The translations under genes were made by a program, and so were the position numbers. Below are positions 29,490-41,707 of a stretch of DNA of 64,000 nucleotides, in pieces. The stretch comes from a virus. Position 1 is the first letter of the stretch. The number at the start of each line of letters is the position of its first letter. Where the stretch lies: the IMG/VR virus record IMGVR_UViG_3300022226_000004, positions 1-64,000 of that record; one strand, written 5' to 3'. The notes below the pieces were generated by a model. That model had not been told where the DNA came from and did no database searches. It was given only the letters and a program-made list of their open reading frames with translations.

Positions 29490-30329
29490 CTAGAACACCC
29501 CATAAAAGCCATTCGTGCCCTCCAGGCGGTCTTCCTCGTCCGTGGCGTCAATCGTGTCTATTACGTGGCACTCGGAAAACTTGCCGATCGCGCCGGCTCC
29601 ATGCAAGTAATTCGCACCTATCGTGACGCCAGCAAGCCCGTTAGTCCCTGGGTTTCCACCAGTTACCTTGGCATTGTTGTCAACGCGCAAGAATGAACTC
29701 GCCCCATCAAACCCCGCTGAGATAATCGAGGATGACGCGATCGCCATATCCGTGTTAGCGTTAGCGGACGCCCCGGCATATTGGTCAATCCTTGGAGACA
29801 CGCCCTGAGTCCAAATCAACTGCCTGTTCGTCGCGTCTCTGCCATCCAGAATGCCGCGAGAAATAACCCAGGTGTCATGCTGCCAAACAAGCCAAAGAGT
29901 ATTGGGCTGTGCCAGTGTCCCGGCTACAAAGGCAGTTGACTGAAGGGAATGCGTGCCTCCAAACGAGCAAGCAGGCTCCCCTTCGGCATTCCTGACCACC
30001 ACCCCACCGGAAACAATGGCTGGCTGCAACGCCATTGTCGGCTGCTCAAGATTGGCTGACGAGACTATCTGCCCAATGACCGTTACAATGAAGCCGTTAT
30101 CGGTAGGCCCGGTGCCAACAAACGAAAGAAGGTTGGCGGTATCTAGTCGCCAGTCAGGAGTTTGTGGAATGTTCTGCTCCGCATTGTCAGAGGATCTCCG
30201 AACCCTGATCAATGGGCCATTTGAAAGCGGATTAAGCCGGCGAGCGACAGACCACAGGGCATAGGCATTCTGGGAATAATCGAACAGCCTGGGCGAATGC
30301 AATCCGCCCCTTCTGGGCAATCTTCTCAC
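29490..30329 (-). CDS. LamG/ConA-like (arabinofuranosidase-B-like) virion protein, paralog 2
   Basis: SVARRL..LIRVRRSSDNAEQNI motif; clear paralog of 30655-31491. Confidence 0.6.
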   Translation of the reverse strand: MRRLPRRGGLHSPRLFDYSQNAYALWSVARRLNPLSNGPLIRVRRSSDNAEQNIPQTPDWRLDTANLLSFVGTGPTDNGFIVTVIGQIVSSANLEQPTMALQPAIVSGGVVVRNAEGEPACSFGGTHSLQSTAFVAGTLAQPNTLWLVWQHDTWVISRGILDGRDATNRQLIWTQGVSPRIDQYAGASANANTDMAIASSSIISAGFDGASSFLRVDNNAKVTGGNPGTNGLAGVTIGANYLHGAGAIGKFSECHVIDTIDATDEEDRLEGTNGFYGVF

Positions 30330-30652
30330 ACTGCGGTATCCACGTAATCCCAGTTAGCAGCTCTTGCGGCTGCCTCCGGAAGCATTGTCCCAGCAAAAAC
30401 AAAGTCCGGGATTCCAGGTGGCTTGACCCCGCCGGCAGCCCAGGCAGCTTCGACCTCCGCGAAGTTTTCAATGAATAGCCCAATCGCATGAGGAGGCCCA
30501 GGAATCTGCCTAGCCGGCGCATACCTGAATCGCGTGATCGTGTCAGGATCGGCTATGGTTGCAGGCGTTTGGAGCTCCTGCATCAGCTGGGCGGACAATG
30601 CTTCTGCCGTCCCCGCAGGGCCGGGCGTGGGTAATACTGATCCTCTTGGCAT
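30326..30652 (-). CDS. hypothetical protein between the paralogs
   Basis: 108 aa, coupled. Confidence 0.5.
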   Translation of the reverse strand: MPRGSVLPTPGPAGTAEALSAQLMQELQTPATIADPDTITRFRYAPARQIPGPPHAIGLFIENFAEVEAAWAAGGVKPPGIPDFVFAGTMLPEAAARAANWDYVDTAV

Positions 30653-30654
30653 GA

Positions 30655-31491
30655 CTAATAGATTCCGTAGTAAGCGTTTATATTGTCTAGGCGCCCATCC
30701 TCGTCTGGTGTGCTAACCGTGTTGATCACGAACGCCTCATGAAATGACTGAATTGTCCCTGCACCCAAGATTGCATTTGCGCCAACCGTTAAGCCATCAA
30801 TTCCGGCCGCTCCTGGATTCCCCCCAGTCACCTTAGCGTTGTTGTCAACCCTGGTGAACGAGCTGGCTCCATTAAAGCCAGCTGACACTATGGCCGCTGT
30901 CCCAATGGAAAGCCCTGTGTTAGCATTAACTGAAGACCCGGCGAACTGATCGATCCTCGGCGTCACGCCAGCCGTAATAAGCGCGTTCCGATTCGTCAGA
31001 TCATTGCCATCCATGATTCCCCTAGCGATGACCCAGGTATCCAAAGATCCCACCCACCACAAGGTATTCGGCTGAGCCAATAGGCCAGTAAAGTTGGTTG
31101 TTTGAAGACCCATTGACCCATCAAACCTGGCGCAGGGTTTCCCGGTGGATGACGTTAAGATTGCCCCAACATCAACGATGCCTGGCTGTAGTGAAAATGT
31201 TGCCTGAACAAGGTTGGGCTGGAATAAGTTCTGAGAGTAGACGGTAGTAATCCAAGCCTGGTCGGTAGGCCCGGTGCCAGTGAAGGCCAGAATGGCAGCT
31301 GTGTCTAGGTTTCCAACCCCATCAAATCCAACGTCTAGCTCATTGTTATCAAGACTTCGTCGGATTCGAATCAATGACGCTGAATACGCTGGATCCAACC
31401 TTCTGGATACAGAATACATCCCGATGGCGCTCGCCGTAAGGTCGAACACGTCACCGGAATGAATCCCGCCGCGCCTGCTTAGCCGTCTCAT
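30655..31491 (-). CDS. LamG/ConA-like virion protein, paralog 1
   Basis: YSVSRRL..LIRIRRSLDNNELDVGF; shares LAQPNTLW, PRIDQ and RVDNNAKVTGGNPG with paralog 2. Confidence 0.6.
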   Translation of the reverse strand: MRRLSRRGGIHSGDVFDLTASAIGMYSVSRRLDPAYSASLIRIRRSLDNNELDVGFDGVGNLDTAAILAFTGTGPTDQAWITTVYSQNLFQPNLVQATFSLQPGIVDVGAILTSSTGKPCARFDGSMGLQTTNFTGLLAQPNTLWWVGSLDTWVIARGIMDGNDLTNRNALITAGVTPRIDQFAGSSVNANTGLSIGTAAIVSAGFNGASSFTRVDNNAKVTGGNPGAAGIDGLTVGANAILGAGTIQSFHEAFVINTVSTPDEDGRLDNINAYYGIY

Positions 31492-31494
31492 GGT

Positions 31495-32235
31495 TTATGC
31501 TGTGTCTCCAGCTATGACCCAGGTGTCTGTGTCAATCTTCGTTAGAGTCGCAATCGCATGTTGCGCTCTCAAATTCGCTCCGTTCGCTGATTGGATCGTG
31601 ACCCCTGCCCCGGAAACCTGAACCTGTCCAGCACCGGATTGAAGTATCTCAATGCATGTCCCGATAGCGAAAGCGGCGACGGCATTTGTTGGGATCGTAA
31701 GCGTTACCGTAGTCCCGGCAGTAAACCGCTTGACCTTGCCATGGTCGGCCAAAACGAGCGTATAACTGGTCCCCGCCTCGGTCTCAATGTCGGCAACCGC
31801 AATGTTGGTTCCATGAATGTCACCCTGATCCTCTTGCGCCCAGTCCACGTGCTCGGCACCCACGAACCCCAACAGATTGTCATGGTTCACGATCGCCTCA
31901 ATCTCGCCGGCAGTCATTGACGCCCCGGCACCGCCTAGCGCAGCATCAATCAGGACACCATTAGCTGGCACAATTTGCTTCGCACCGTAGTTCGTGGAGA
32001 TCGCAACACTAGCGGCGCCAGATATCGTGTCGGCTGGAACAAAGGCTTCGATCGTGATGTTGTTCGCGCCAGCCTGGCCATCCGCATCAACCACAAACCA
32101 GCTTGACCCAGGAGGTGCGTTGGGTGGAATCCTTACCGTGATGGCACCTTGAGAGGTCCGGACAGCGATAACCCGATCGGAAACGAATGCGTTGTAATCG
32201 GCGCTGACAACTACTGTTTTTGGTGCAAATGTCAT
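31495..32235 (-). CDS. tail-fibre-like protein with two repeated beta modules
   Basis: Modules ..VVDADGQAGANNITI.. and SYTLVLADHGK..TLTIP..FAIGT..DTWVIAGD. Confidence 0.6.
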   Translation of the reverse strand: MTFAPKTVVVSADYNAFVSDRVIAVRTSQGAITVRIPPNAPPGSSWFVVDADGQAGANNITIEAFVPADTISGAASVAISTNYGAKQIVPANGVLIDAALGGAGASMTAGEIEAIVNHDNLLGFVGAEHVDWAQEDQGDIHGTNIAVADIETEAGTSYTLVLADHGKVKRFTAGTTVTLTIPTNAVAAFAIGTCIEILQSGAGQVQVSGAGVTIQSANGANLRAQHAIATLTKIDTDTWVIAGDTA

Positions 32236-32272
32236 TTTCTTCCCTGTGTTTGCCCTGCCCCAAGATCCTTGG

Positions 32273-32644
32273 TCATGGCTTTTTTTCGATTACTTTTATC
32301 AACTGATCGATTTGTTGTTGTTGCTTGGAAACCCCTTCCTCAATTGCCTCCAAAGCACGAGGGCCAGCCGTGATTGTAGTGTAGGCCTCCTTGACTGCCA
32401 GACCTAAAATCAAAATGCCGACCGCCCACATGAACTTTTTCATGCTGGCAGCCCAAGTCACCAAGCGATCAATAGCGACAACGTGAGATTTCGCGGGATC
32501 GCCATTGCCTATTATGACCTTCCTGATTTCCCCTACATCCCTTTGCATATTCTCTAGAGCCGTCACCTTAACCTGCAAAGCTTTAAGCTCCTTTTCGATC
32601 CGCTCGAAACGTTCGGTCTCAGAGCATGGTAAATGAGTCTCCAT
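32273..32644 (-). CDS. coiled-coil single-TM membrane protein
   Basis: Heptad N-terminus and one hydrophobic helix (FMWAVGILILGLAV). Confidence 0.55.
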   Translation of the reverse strand: METHLPCSETERFERIEKELKALQVKVTALENMQRDVGEIRKVIIGNGDPAKSHVVAIDRLVTWAASMKKFMWAVGILILGLAVKEAYTTITAGPRALEAIEEGVSKQQQQIDQLIKVIEKKP

Positions 32645-32663
32645 TCAATCATCTTAACACTTA

Positions 32664-33521
32664 TCAAATGTCAGTGACAAATGGATAGCGAGGCTTCACA
32701 TACTCTTCGTAAATGGCAGCCATGCAGGCCCTTGTCAAAGCAGTAGTCTCATAGACGGCGATGTCTAGGCAATACCACTCAGCAAAAGGAACCGAGCCAT
32801 AACTGACGCGATCCCTTCCAAGCCTTGTAAGCGTTAAGGTCTGATTGAATGTGCCTTCAGCATTAGCTGTCAGCCTGTTGTTCTGGTAAGCTGACCCGTT
32901 GCCTCCACCATTCTCTCCCCCAACAGCAACAGCTAGGTAGGAGTTCAGGGGTGGCGCGTCTCCATTCGAAACATTGTTGTAGGTAATCGATGCCGAGCTT
33001 CCGCTTAGCCCGATCACCTCTTGCGTTGGATCTTGGAACACCATGTGTGACGTATTGATCGTCAGATTGGCGTCACCAAGAAGAGATCCTGCCTGAACCA
33101 CTCGCCCAATAACTAGGCATGAGTAGTTGGGGTTTGTCAGAGCGATATTGGTGTCAAGTGTAGCGAACTGCCTGGCGTTCGTGAACGTCGAGGTGTTTGG
33201 ACCATTAAAGTAAATGCATGGCGCATCAAATGGGGAAGACCCTCCGGAACCTGACGCCTGCATGTAAATAGGCCCGAATCCAGCCGTATTGTTGAAGGCC
33301 TCATTGCTGGCGATCCTGTCAACCCAGCCATATGTGGGCTTGGTGAGCTCCGTTTGGTCGGGAATTAACGGGTCAAGAGTATCAGCCCTCCAATGGTAAG
33401 TCGGCCCCGCTGAGCATCCGGTGACAGCCTCGAGCTCAATTAGCCCACCCCTTTTCCTAGCGCTCCTAAATAACGGGAGCGCCCTCGTTAAGGTCTGCCC
33501 TGGTAATACAATGCGTGGCAT
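32664..33521 (-). CDS. LamG/ConA-like virion protein
   Basis: HWRADT..WVDR N-terminus and DIAVYETTALT..EYVKPRY C-terminus, as in phage LamG-like domains. Confidence 0.55.
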   Translation of the reverse strand: MPRIVLPGQTLTRALPLFRSARKRGGLIELEAVTGCSAGPTYHWRADTLDPLIPDQTELTKPTYGWVDRIASNEAFNNTAGFGPIYMQASGSGGSSPFDAPCIYFNGPNTSTFTNARQFATLDTNIALTNPNYSCLVIGRVVQAGSLLGDANLTINTSHMVFQDPTQEVIGLSGSSASITYNNVSNGDAPPLNSYLAVAVGGENGGGNGSAYQNNRLTANAEGTFNQTLTLTRLGRDRVSYGSVPFAEWYCLDIAVYETTALTRACMAAIYEEYVKPRYPFVTDI

Positions 33522-33823
33522 CAGTCCGCATAGTAGCTGTAAGCTACGTCAACGCTCCCGGCCCTGGCAACCCTGAGGTCGGATAGCCTGCCGGCCGGAA
33601 ACCATTGTTCAGTATCTGCGTGCACCCAGCAACCATCTGGAGCACTTGGGGCATACACCAGCAACGCTTCATCAGCGCTCTCGTTTGAAATCCTGACCCC
33701 ATTCTTGAGCTGAATGTCGTCCCCAGTCAGTGCAGCCGGTGTAGCCGTAGCCGTCCCCCCATTGCTTGCTGGCCCGACATCCGTAACATTTGGATGCGTG
33801 ATATCTGGTTCGTAAAGAGGCAT
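33521..33823 (-). CDS. small beta-rich virion-type protein
   Basis: 100 aa, coupled to both neighbours. Confidence 0.5.
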   Translation of the reverse strand: MPLYEPDITHPNVTDVGPASNGGTATATPAALTGDDIQLKNGVRISNESADEALLVYAPSAPDGCWVHADTEQWFPAGRLSDLRVARAGSVDVAYSYYAD

Positions 33824-34341
33824 TAAGATCCTTTCGCTACATTGTTGATCTGAATGGCAACTCCCTTCGCCGGCCCATCCCTAAACGACTCAAGCTTGGG
33901 CTGATTACTTGGATCCGTCGCATGGATCTTCAAGATGTTGCCTACCGCTTCATCACGGTCTCTCCATAATCTAGCCTCTAGCTCAGCGAAAGCCAGAAAC
34001 CTTTCGTCTTCATCTTCGCGATCAGCTTTATTGCGGCGTTTGCGACACTTGCGCAGCAATTCGTCCCTGTTCGCATTCGAGAAGACATGCTCAGTAACCC
34101 CTATCCTGTGGAGGCCAATCGCTTGCAATTCACCAGCCATCCCCCTGGCTGCCCTGAACCTCGTTAGTCCAGAGCCCTTCAGCTTCAAGGCCGCGCAAAC
34201 TTGTTGAGCCTCCGCTTCCGTCATGGGAGCGGGTAACGCTTCAGCGACCACGGAATCTATATCGATTTCCTTCTCTCGCCCTTTAGTTGGCTCAGGAGGT
34301 TCTAGATGTGTTTCCGTCATGATCTTCAAGATAGCCCCCAT
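33823..34341 (-). CDS. hypothetical protein (terminase small subunit candidate)
   Basis: Helical, ends VAIQINN as many TerS tails do; start uncertain (34341 or 34320). Confidence 0.3.
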   Translation of the reverse strand: MGAILKIMTETHLEPPEPTKGREKEIDIDSVVAEALPAPMTEAEAQQVCAALKLKGSGLTRFRAARGMAGELQAIGLHRIGVTEHVFSNANRDELLRKCRKRRNKADREDEDERFLAFAELEARLWRDRDEAVGNILKIHATDPSNQPKLESFRDGPAKGVAIQINNVAKGS

Positions 34342-34496
34342 TCAATGCTTCGGGCCAGCCAAAAGTTGGGACTCCGTCGGCCGCTTCCCATGCCCAGCAG
34401 TTTTTTGAGCGATCCGTTACGGCGAAAGGCATAAAGCACCAACACCCTTGACGCTCACCATCGATGTAACTGCCAGGCGTCCCGCAAGAAAGAAGA

Positions 34497-35540
34497 TCAG
34501 TGTTCAGCATCCGGCAGCTGGAGCACGCTGCTAACCTTTGAGTCGATAAGCTCCCTGAGGGATGGTTGCGCTTGAAGAATCTTGGGCTCAGAGATAACAA
34601 TATCGTTGGTGACGCCCTCCATATTGCCCGACAAAGATCTAGGCGATTTTTTGTCCGGAAAAATTCGATGCCCAGCCGTAAGACCAACTTTAGAAACACG
34701 AGCAAAAGGCAACAACGCTCTACTACACCAGGTTCGCAGCGCGACTCGAGCAAACTCTCTAGCACTTTGGATCCGCTTCGCAACATCGCCCGCATAACCT
34801 ACAACCCCTAGCTTATCGAGTCTAGCCTTCTCGGCGCCCTTGCTCGCTTTGCGCCAAAGGTCAGTCGGAACACACTCCAGGTTAGGAGATGCCGTCTTGT
34901 CCTCGGGATCCATTGCTATCAGCTGACGCGATAGCAAGCGATCAGCCAACCCTGAATCAATGAACTCCCTTTCATTCGAGCATGCCTTGGGGACATTCCT
35001 GTGGCTGCGTGCCATCAACTCCTTCCAGTGAGGCCGGTAAGGCAGTAGTCCAAGCTTGCAGAACCCGAGATCCAAGACCTTGCCCTGCAACAGCCATGTC
35101 AAAGCAATCCGCTGGAATAAGGCCCAAAAATAAGACACCTCCTCAACCTTCCACGCACTGGCTTCATTGAATAGCTTCACCACAAACGGGTTGCTAACAC
35201 CAGACATATAGGCCTTCCTGACCTTTTCTGCAGACTCTTGCTCCATCTTGCCATTCCACTTCAACCAAAGCTCAGGGGTAATCCCATCAACTTTCTTCAG
35301 CTTCTTGAATTCAGCGGTTGGCAATAGCCAGCCACCAGTTTCAGATGTCCCTAGACTAATGGATTCCAGCTTAGCCTTGAGCCTGGCGAACCTGGCCAGC
35401 GGTAAAGCCACCGCACATGTGGTCTCGTAAACCCTCCGGTGCCCACCCACAAACCCCGCTCTGACCAACACAGGAACCTCACAGCCTTCTGTGACCACTA
35501 CAACCCTAAGCTTTTTATCGCCTGATACGCGAACCGTCAT
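34497..35540 (-). CDS. hypothetical protein
   Basis: 347 aa, coupled to the upstream HTH gene. Confidence 0.6.
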   Translation of the reverse strand: MTVRVSGDKKLRVVVVTEGCEVPVLVRAGFVGGHRRVYETTCAVALPLARFARLKAKLESISLGTSETGGWLLPTAEFKKLKKVDGITPELWLKWNGKMEQESAEKVRKAYMSGVSNPFVVKLFNEASAWKVEEVSYFWALFQRIALTWLLQGKVLDLGFCKLGLLPYRPHWKELMARSHRNVPKACSNEREFIDSGLADRLLSRQLIAMDPEDKTASPNLECVPTDLWRKASKGAEKARLDKLGVVGYAGDVAKRIQSAREFARVALRTWCSRALLPFARVSKVGLTAGHRIFPDKKSPRSLSGNMEGVTNDIVISEPKILQAQPSLRELIDSKVSSVLQLPDAEH

Positions 35541-35770
35541 TACTTGAGGTCATTGAACACAGTCGCAGGAGACACAGCCATGTTTGACGCAATTGCACGG
35601 ATGGACATGCCGGTGCGCCTCATAGCTATCACCCTGGCCTTTCGCGAAGCAATGCGCTTGGCTAAGGCCTGCTCGCGAGTTTTGGCCCGCTTGGTAGCCT
35701 GCTTTTTCACGAACTCCAAATGCTCCAGCCTTTGCTTCAGGCTCATAATCTGACGGTCTATTCTTTTCAT
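35540..35770 (-). CDS. HTH DNA-binding protein
   Basis: GMSIRAIASNMAVSPATVFNDLK. Confidence 0.75.
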   Translation of the reverse strand: MKRIDRQIMSLKQRLEHLEFVKKQATKRAKTREQALAKRIASRKARVIAMRRTGMSIRAIASNMAVSPATVFNDLK

Positions 35771-36612
35771 TTCTGGGCTACGAACCTGAGTTCCTCTCCT
35801 AGCCCACGCACTTCAAGTTGATTAACGAAATCCACCACAGCTTCAGGTTTCACATCCGGATTAACGCTCGCAACAACCCTGGACACCTCGCTCCTGGTGT
35901 AATCTCCGATGCTTGTCCAAAACGACATGCGCCCGAAGCCAGCCATTCCCAAAGCAGCCTCCAAGGTATCCTTAGTGTAGTGAACGTAGTGGTAGTTCGC
36001 GTCTAGCCAATACCAATCCTTGCCCAAAGTCTTCGAGCAGTAGGATTCGAAATTCGGAACTATCCCAATGAACCACCCGCCAGGCCGAAGTCTGCGAATG
36101 ACCTGGTTGAGAGCCTCAAGCGGTTTCGGCATGTGTTCAAAAACGTGCATCATTGAAATCACGTCAAACCCTGTTTCAGGACAATCCTCGATCGGATCCG
36201 TAGATATCTTGAGCCCAAGTGACTCCCTTCCTCGAAATGCCATCTTGCGACAAATCTCAATACCGGAAACATCCATGCCCTCGTCCCTCAACGTAAGCAT
36301 GAAAGCGCCCCACCCACATCCAACATCAAGCGCACCACCATGCCCGAGCTCAGGCCCGACACCTCTCTCCTTGAGGTCCCTGATGAAATCGTAACGCCGC
36401 AACGCCGAGTCATTTACCTTGTCAATTCCTGGCCATGCCATGTGGCTCCCGTCATCCCCGTAATCCTGGTAGAACCCTATGAAATCCCTGACCGCATTCG
36501 ATTGCGCATACACGAGTCCACAGTGATTGCATTGCCGCACATTCGGCACTACGCTGTAGCGCGGATGGCTCTCCGCACACGCACAGAGCGGACAGTTTGG
36601 CTGAAATACCAT
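35767..36612 (-). CDS. class I SAM-dependent methyltransferase (glycan-locus type) with N-terminal Zn ribbon
   Basis: CPLC..CNHC, LDVGCGWG, FDVISMMHVFEH, LRPGG..VPN, HYVHY. Confidence 0.85.
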   Translation of the reverse strand: MVFQPNCPLCACAESHPRYSVVPNVRQCNHCGLVYAQSNAVRDFIGFYQDYGDDGSHMAWPGIDKVNDSALRRYDFIRDLKERGVGPELGHGGALDVGCGWGAFMLTLRDEGMDVSGIEICRKMAFRGRESLGLKISTDPIEDCPETGFDVISMMHVFEHMPKPLEALNQVIRRLRPGGWFIGIVPNFESYCSKTLGKDWYWLDANYHYVHYTKDTLEAALGMAGFGRMSFWTSIGDYTRSEVSRVVASVNPDVKPEAVVDFVNQLEVRGLGEELRFVAQK

Positions 36613-36626
36613 GACATCTGTTTATC

Positions 36627-36899
36627 ATGAATGGCGAAAAACCGCAATCCCGGTTTAACACCCGCACACTGTCAAGACTTGCCGAGAAGACCGGAGCAAT
36701 GGTGGTCACATTTTCAGAACCAAACATGCCAGGCCCGTTTAATGGATTCTCAACAATCGGTTACTGGGACGGAGATTGCTTCAGAAACGCCCACACCGGC
36801 CAACCATTCGCTGACTTTCCTGTCGAAGTTTCCGCCCTCGACGAAACCTGGGTCATCCCAATAAAGCTTGAAAAGCCGGGCAAGCCAGATGATCGTTAA
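36627..36899 (+). CDS. hypothetical protein
   Basis: 90 aa, divergent from the methyltransferase. Confidence 0.45.
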   Translation: MNGEKPQSRFNTRTLSRLAEKTGAMVVTFSEPNMPGPFNGFSTIGYWDGDCFRNAHTGQPFADFPVEVSALDETWVIPIKLEKPGKPDDR

Positions 36900-36904
36900 A
36901 GGAT

Positions 36905-37189
36905 ATGCCAAACAATGGACCACAACGACGGGGCGGCGAATCAATCGCAACGCCAAGCACCTTTAGTGACACTCCATCACGGGCGCCTGGGGACACCTTT
37001 GATGACTTCCTGAAGCAAACCGGTGGCGATCCAGCTCCCAGAGGAGGACATCAAGAGGCAATCAGTGACCACTTGCGGAAGATCAATGACTTCGGAAAAG
37101 AACCTAGACCTGGTTACGGGCCTGCCCCGGAACCGGAAACCTTTTCCTCGTCCCCAGAGGGAATCCTGCCTGCCGTTCAACCAGAATAA
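36905..37189 (+). CDS. hypothetical low-complexity protein
   Basis: 94 aa with AAAGGA upstream. Confidence 0.5.
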   Translation: MPNNGPQRRGGESIATPSTFSDTPSRAPGDTFDDFLKQTGGDPAPRGGHQEAISDHLRKINDFGKEPRPGYGPAPEPETFSSSPEGILPAVQPE

Positions 37190-37203
37190 AGCATCGAGCT
37201 GTA

Positions 37204-37344
37204 ATGCCCAAAGGCACTAAAGTCGAACGATGCTTCAATAAGCTGAAGCGAGAAGGGAAGCTTCCTGGGTCAGCAGCTAGAATTTGCCAGGCATCAACAG
37301 GTAAGTCGCTCAAAACTGGGAAGCCACCAAAGCGCAAGACTTGA
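37204..37344 (+). CDS. small basic protein (46 aa, not in ORF track)
   Basis: MPKGTKVERCFNKLKREGKLPGSAARICQASTGKSLKTGKPPKRKT*. Confidence 0.55.
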   Translation: MPKGTKVERCFNKLKREGKLPGSAARICQASTGKSLKTGKPPKRKT

Positions 37345-37379
37345 CAAGCTCACGATGCCAGCCAAACTGGCAATGACTT

Positions 37380-37586
37380 ATGAGCGAATATTGTATCGTG
37401 AAATGGTTCGACAACAAGAAGGGCTACGGCTTCCTTCAATGTGGAAAAAAAGATGTCTTCGTGCATCACTCGACAATCACTGCCCAGGGATTCAAAACCT
37501 TGAATGAAGGCGAACGAGTTCTAGCAGAGGTCATTGATTCCCCAAAAGGCCCTAAAGCAGTTTCTGTCACCAGAAACCCCGAATAA
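37380..37586 (+). CDS. csp: cold-shock domain protein (CspA family)
   Basis: VKWFDNKKGYGFL (RNP1), DVFVHHS (RNP2), GFKTLNEG, KGPKA; TTGACA at 37341. Confidence 0.95.
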   Translation: MSEYCIVKWFDNKKGYGFLQCGKKDVFVHHSTITAQGFKTLNEGERVLAEVIDSPKGPKAVSVTRNPE

Positions 37587-37670
37587 GGAAGCCCTCCCAG
37601 CTTTCACCAGGAGGGCCAACCCTAACAACCAAACCGCGCCAATGAGTTCCAGGCGCTGACTCAGCGTATC

Positions 37671-38206
37671 TCACGCAACCCTGAGCGTCAACGCCTTCTT
37701 GCGCCTCTCGTTAGCTTGATCCAACCTCCGTCGCCTTCCTGCCTCTCGCTTGTCTAGACAAGATTGGCACGTTGACATATGGGGCAACCCCTTTTTGCCG
37801 CCGCAAGTCGAACACTTGCCCTGAGCAAGCAGCTTCCTGATTCGCTTTCTCCTTCGCTCCCGAAACCGCATCATGCAGGTTCCACAGTGACTAGCCGTGG
37901 CTTCCTTGTCGCGCCCACAAGAACACTTTCCAATCTTCGCATACTTGGCGTGCCTCCGATCCCTCTCCGCCTTGTTCTTGAGCCGGCACCTCAAACAGGT
38001 TTTTCGCTCAGCATCCGACTCTTTCTCGCCACCACATTGGACGCAAAGCCCTTGATCGAGTCGCTCACCGTAGACCCGCTTCTTCCACTTGCGCTTCTGC
38101 TCCTTTTCAATAGCATCAGGATCCTCGGGCTTAGCTGGCGGCGCAATCAAGTCCGACCTATTTGCCACAATCCTGAGAATCTCTTCCCTCGATGGAACAC
38201 CTGTTA

Positions 38207-38210
<4 letters not shown>
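37671..38210 (-). CDS. basic protein with repeated CxxC zinc-binding modules
   Basis: Three units of G(L/K)C..CG...CxxC separated by Arg/Lys helices. Confidence 0.7.
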
Positions 38211-40654
<2,444 letters not shown>

Positions 40655-40658
40655 AACC

Positions 40659-41264
40659 TTATCTTGCTCTCATTTTGTTGTAGATGCTCCAGAACGTTTC
40701 TGGGACATCCCTTGGCTTGCTGTTAGTGATGTGATTCTTGCGGAAGAACGTTATCCCGTCAAAGGGGCCACTCATGGAAGCACAATATTTTGCCGTCGCT
40801 TCCTTTCCCCATTTCTTTGCCACCTTCTTGATAGCCTTTTCCGGGATCTTCATGCCGGTGATGCCAGCTAGTTTGGTAGCAGTAGCAACAGGATCTGATT
40901 CTATTTCGTTGTATCTAAGCAACAGCACATCATAGAACCATTGCCTGTGCTGATATAGCCACGCCTCATACTCCTGCGACAATATCAGTTGAATGGCTGC
41001 ATCCCTAGGCTTCCTGCCCACCTTGAGTAGACTGGCAGCTTGACTTGTTGCTTCACGGAAAGGGCACACAACCCTGATGTGCTCTTCAGGCAGAAAAATC
41101 GGCCTCCATAAGTGAATCTTGATGACGTTGTCATTTGGCCTCCTTAACTGCTGGTCGATGTCGCCATCCGTTGCGAACCCACCAGGCACGCCCATGAGCT
41201 CACGGAGTATGTTGTAACACCAGGTGCTCCCAACCCTGTAGCCGCTAGTAACAACGATCTTCAT
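40659..41264 (-). CDS. sulfotransferase-like P-loop protein
   Basis: TSGYRVGSTW (5'-PSB-like), KIH, RE..SQAAS (3'-PB-like), LRYNEIESDP. Confidence 0.65.
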   Translation of the reverse strand: MKIVVTSGYRVGSTWCYNILRELMGVPGGFATDGDIDQQLRRPNDNVIKIHLWRPIFLPEEHIRVVCPFREATSQAASLLKVGRKPRDAAIQLILSQEYEAWLYQHRQWFYDVLLLRYNEIESDPVATATKLAGITGMKIPEKAIKKVAKKWGKEATAKYCASMSGPFDGITFFRKNHITNSKPRDVPETFWSIYNKMRAR

Positions 41265-41527
41265 CGAGAACTCTCTGAATCGATCAAGGCCTCCAATACA
41301 TGCTTTGCCTTTTCCAGATCATCGATACCGCCCTTATTGCGCCACCTTGAAACATACTTGATGATCTCCCCCTCAGCCCACCAAAGCCCGTTCTTGATTG
41401 CATACTCCATTGGTTCAATGACCATCCCTTTGTAGTGAACCCCACCTCGCATCTTATCGTTCAACGCCGAGCAGCGTTTCTGCGATTCCTGGCTCGTTTT
41501 TTTGTCTTTGCTGCCGTCTCTTGCCAT
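41261..41527 (-). CDS. DUF3310 (T7 gp1.7 nucleotide-kinase-like) protein
   Basis: GGVHYK..IEPMEY..GEIIKYVSRWRNKGGIDDLEKAKH. Confidence 0.85.
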   Translation of the reverse strand: MARDGSKDKKTSQESQKRCSALNDKMRGGVHYKGMVIEPMEYAIKNGLWWAEGEIIKYVSRWRNKGGIDDLEKAKHVLEALIDSESSR

Positions 41528-41707
41528 AACCTATTCCTTCTTTCGTATTGTATTGCTAACACCTTGGCCATTCTCTCTTGCCATCCTTCAGTAAAATGGT
41601 AGGCACTATCAGGAGGCTGGTAGGCTCCCGGACGAGCCTGGGGAATCTTGTCCGGGATAATGACCTTCCTATTCGGATCAATTTTTAAATGCCTGCCAGG
41701 TTCCACC

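Noticed and set aside
29490-31491. Tat signal peptides or a DGR relationship between the paralogs
   Set aside because: No hydrophobic H-region after the RR; differences are spread throughout and not adenine-specific
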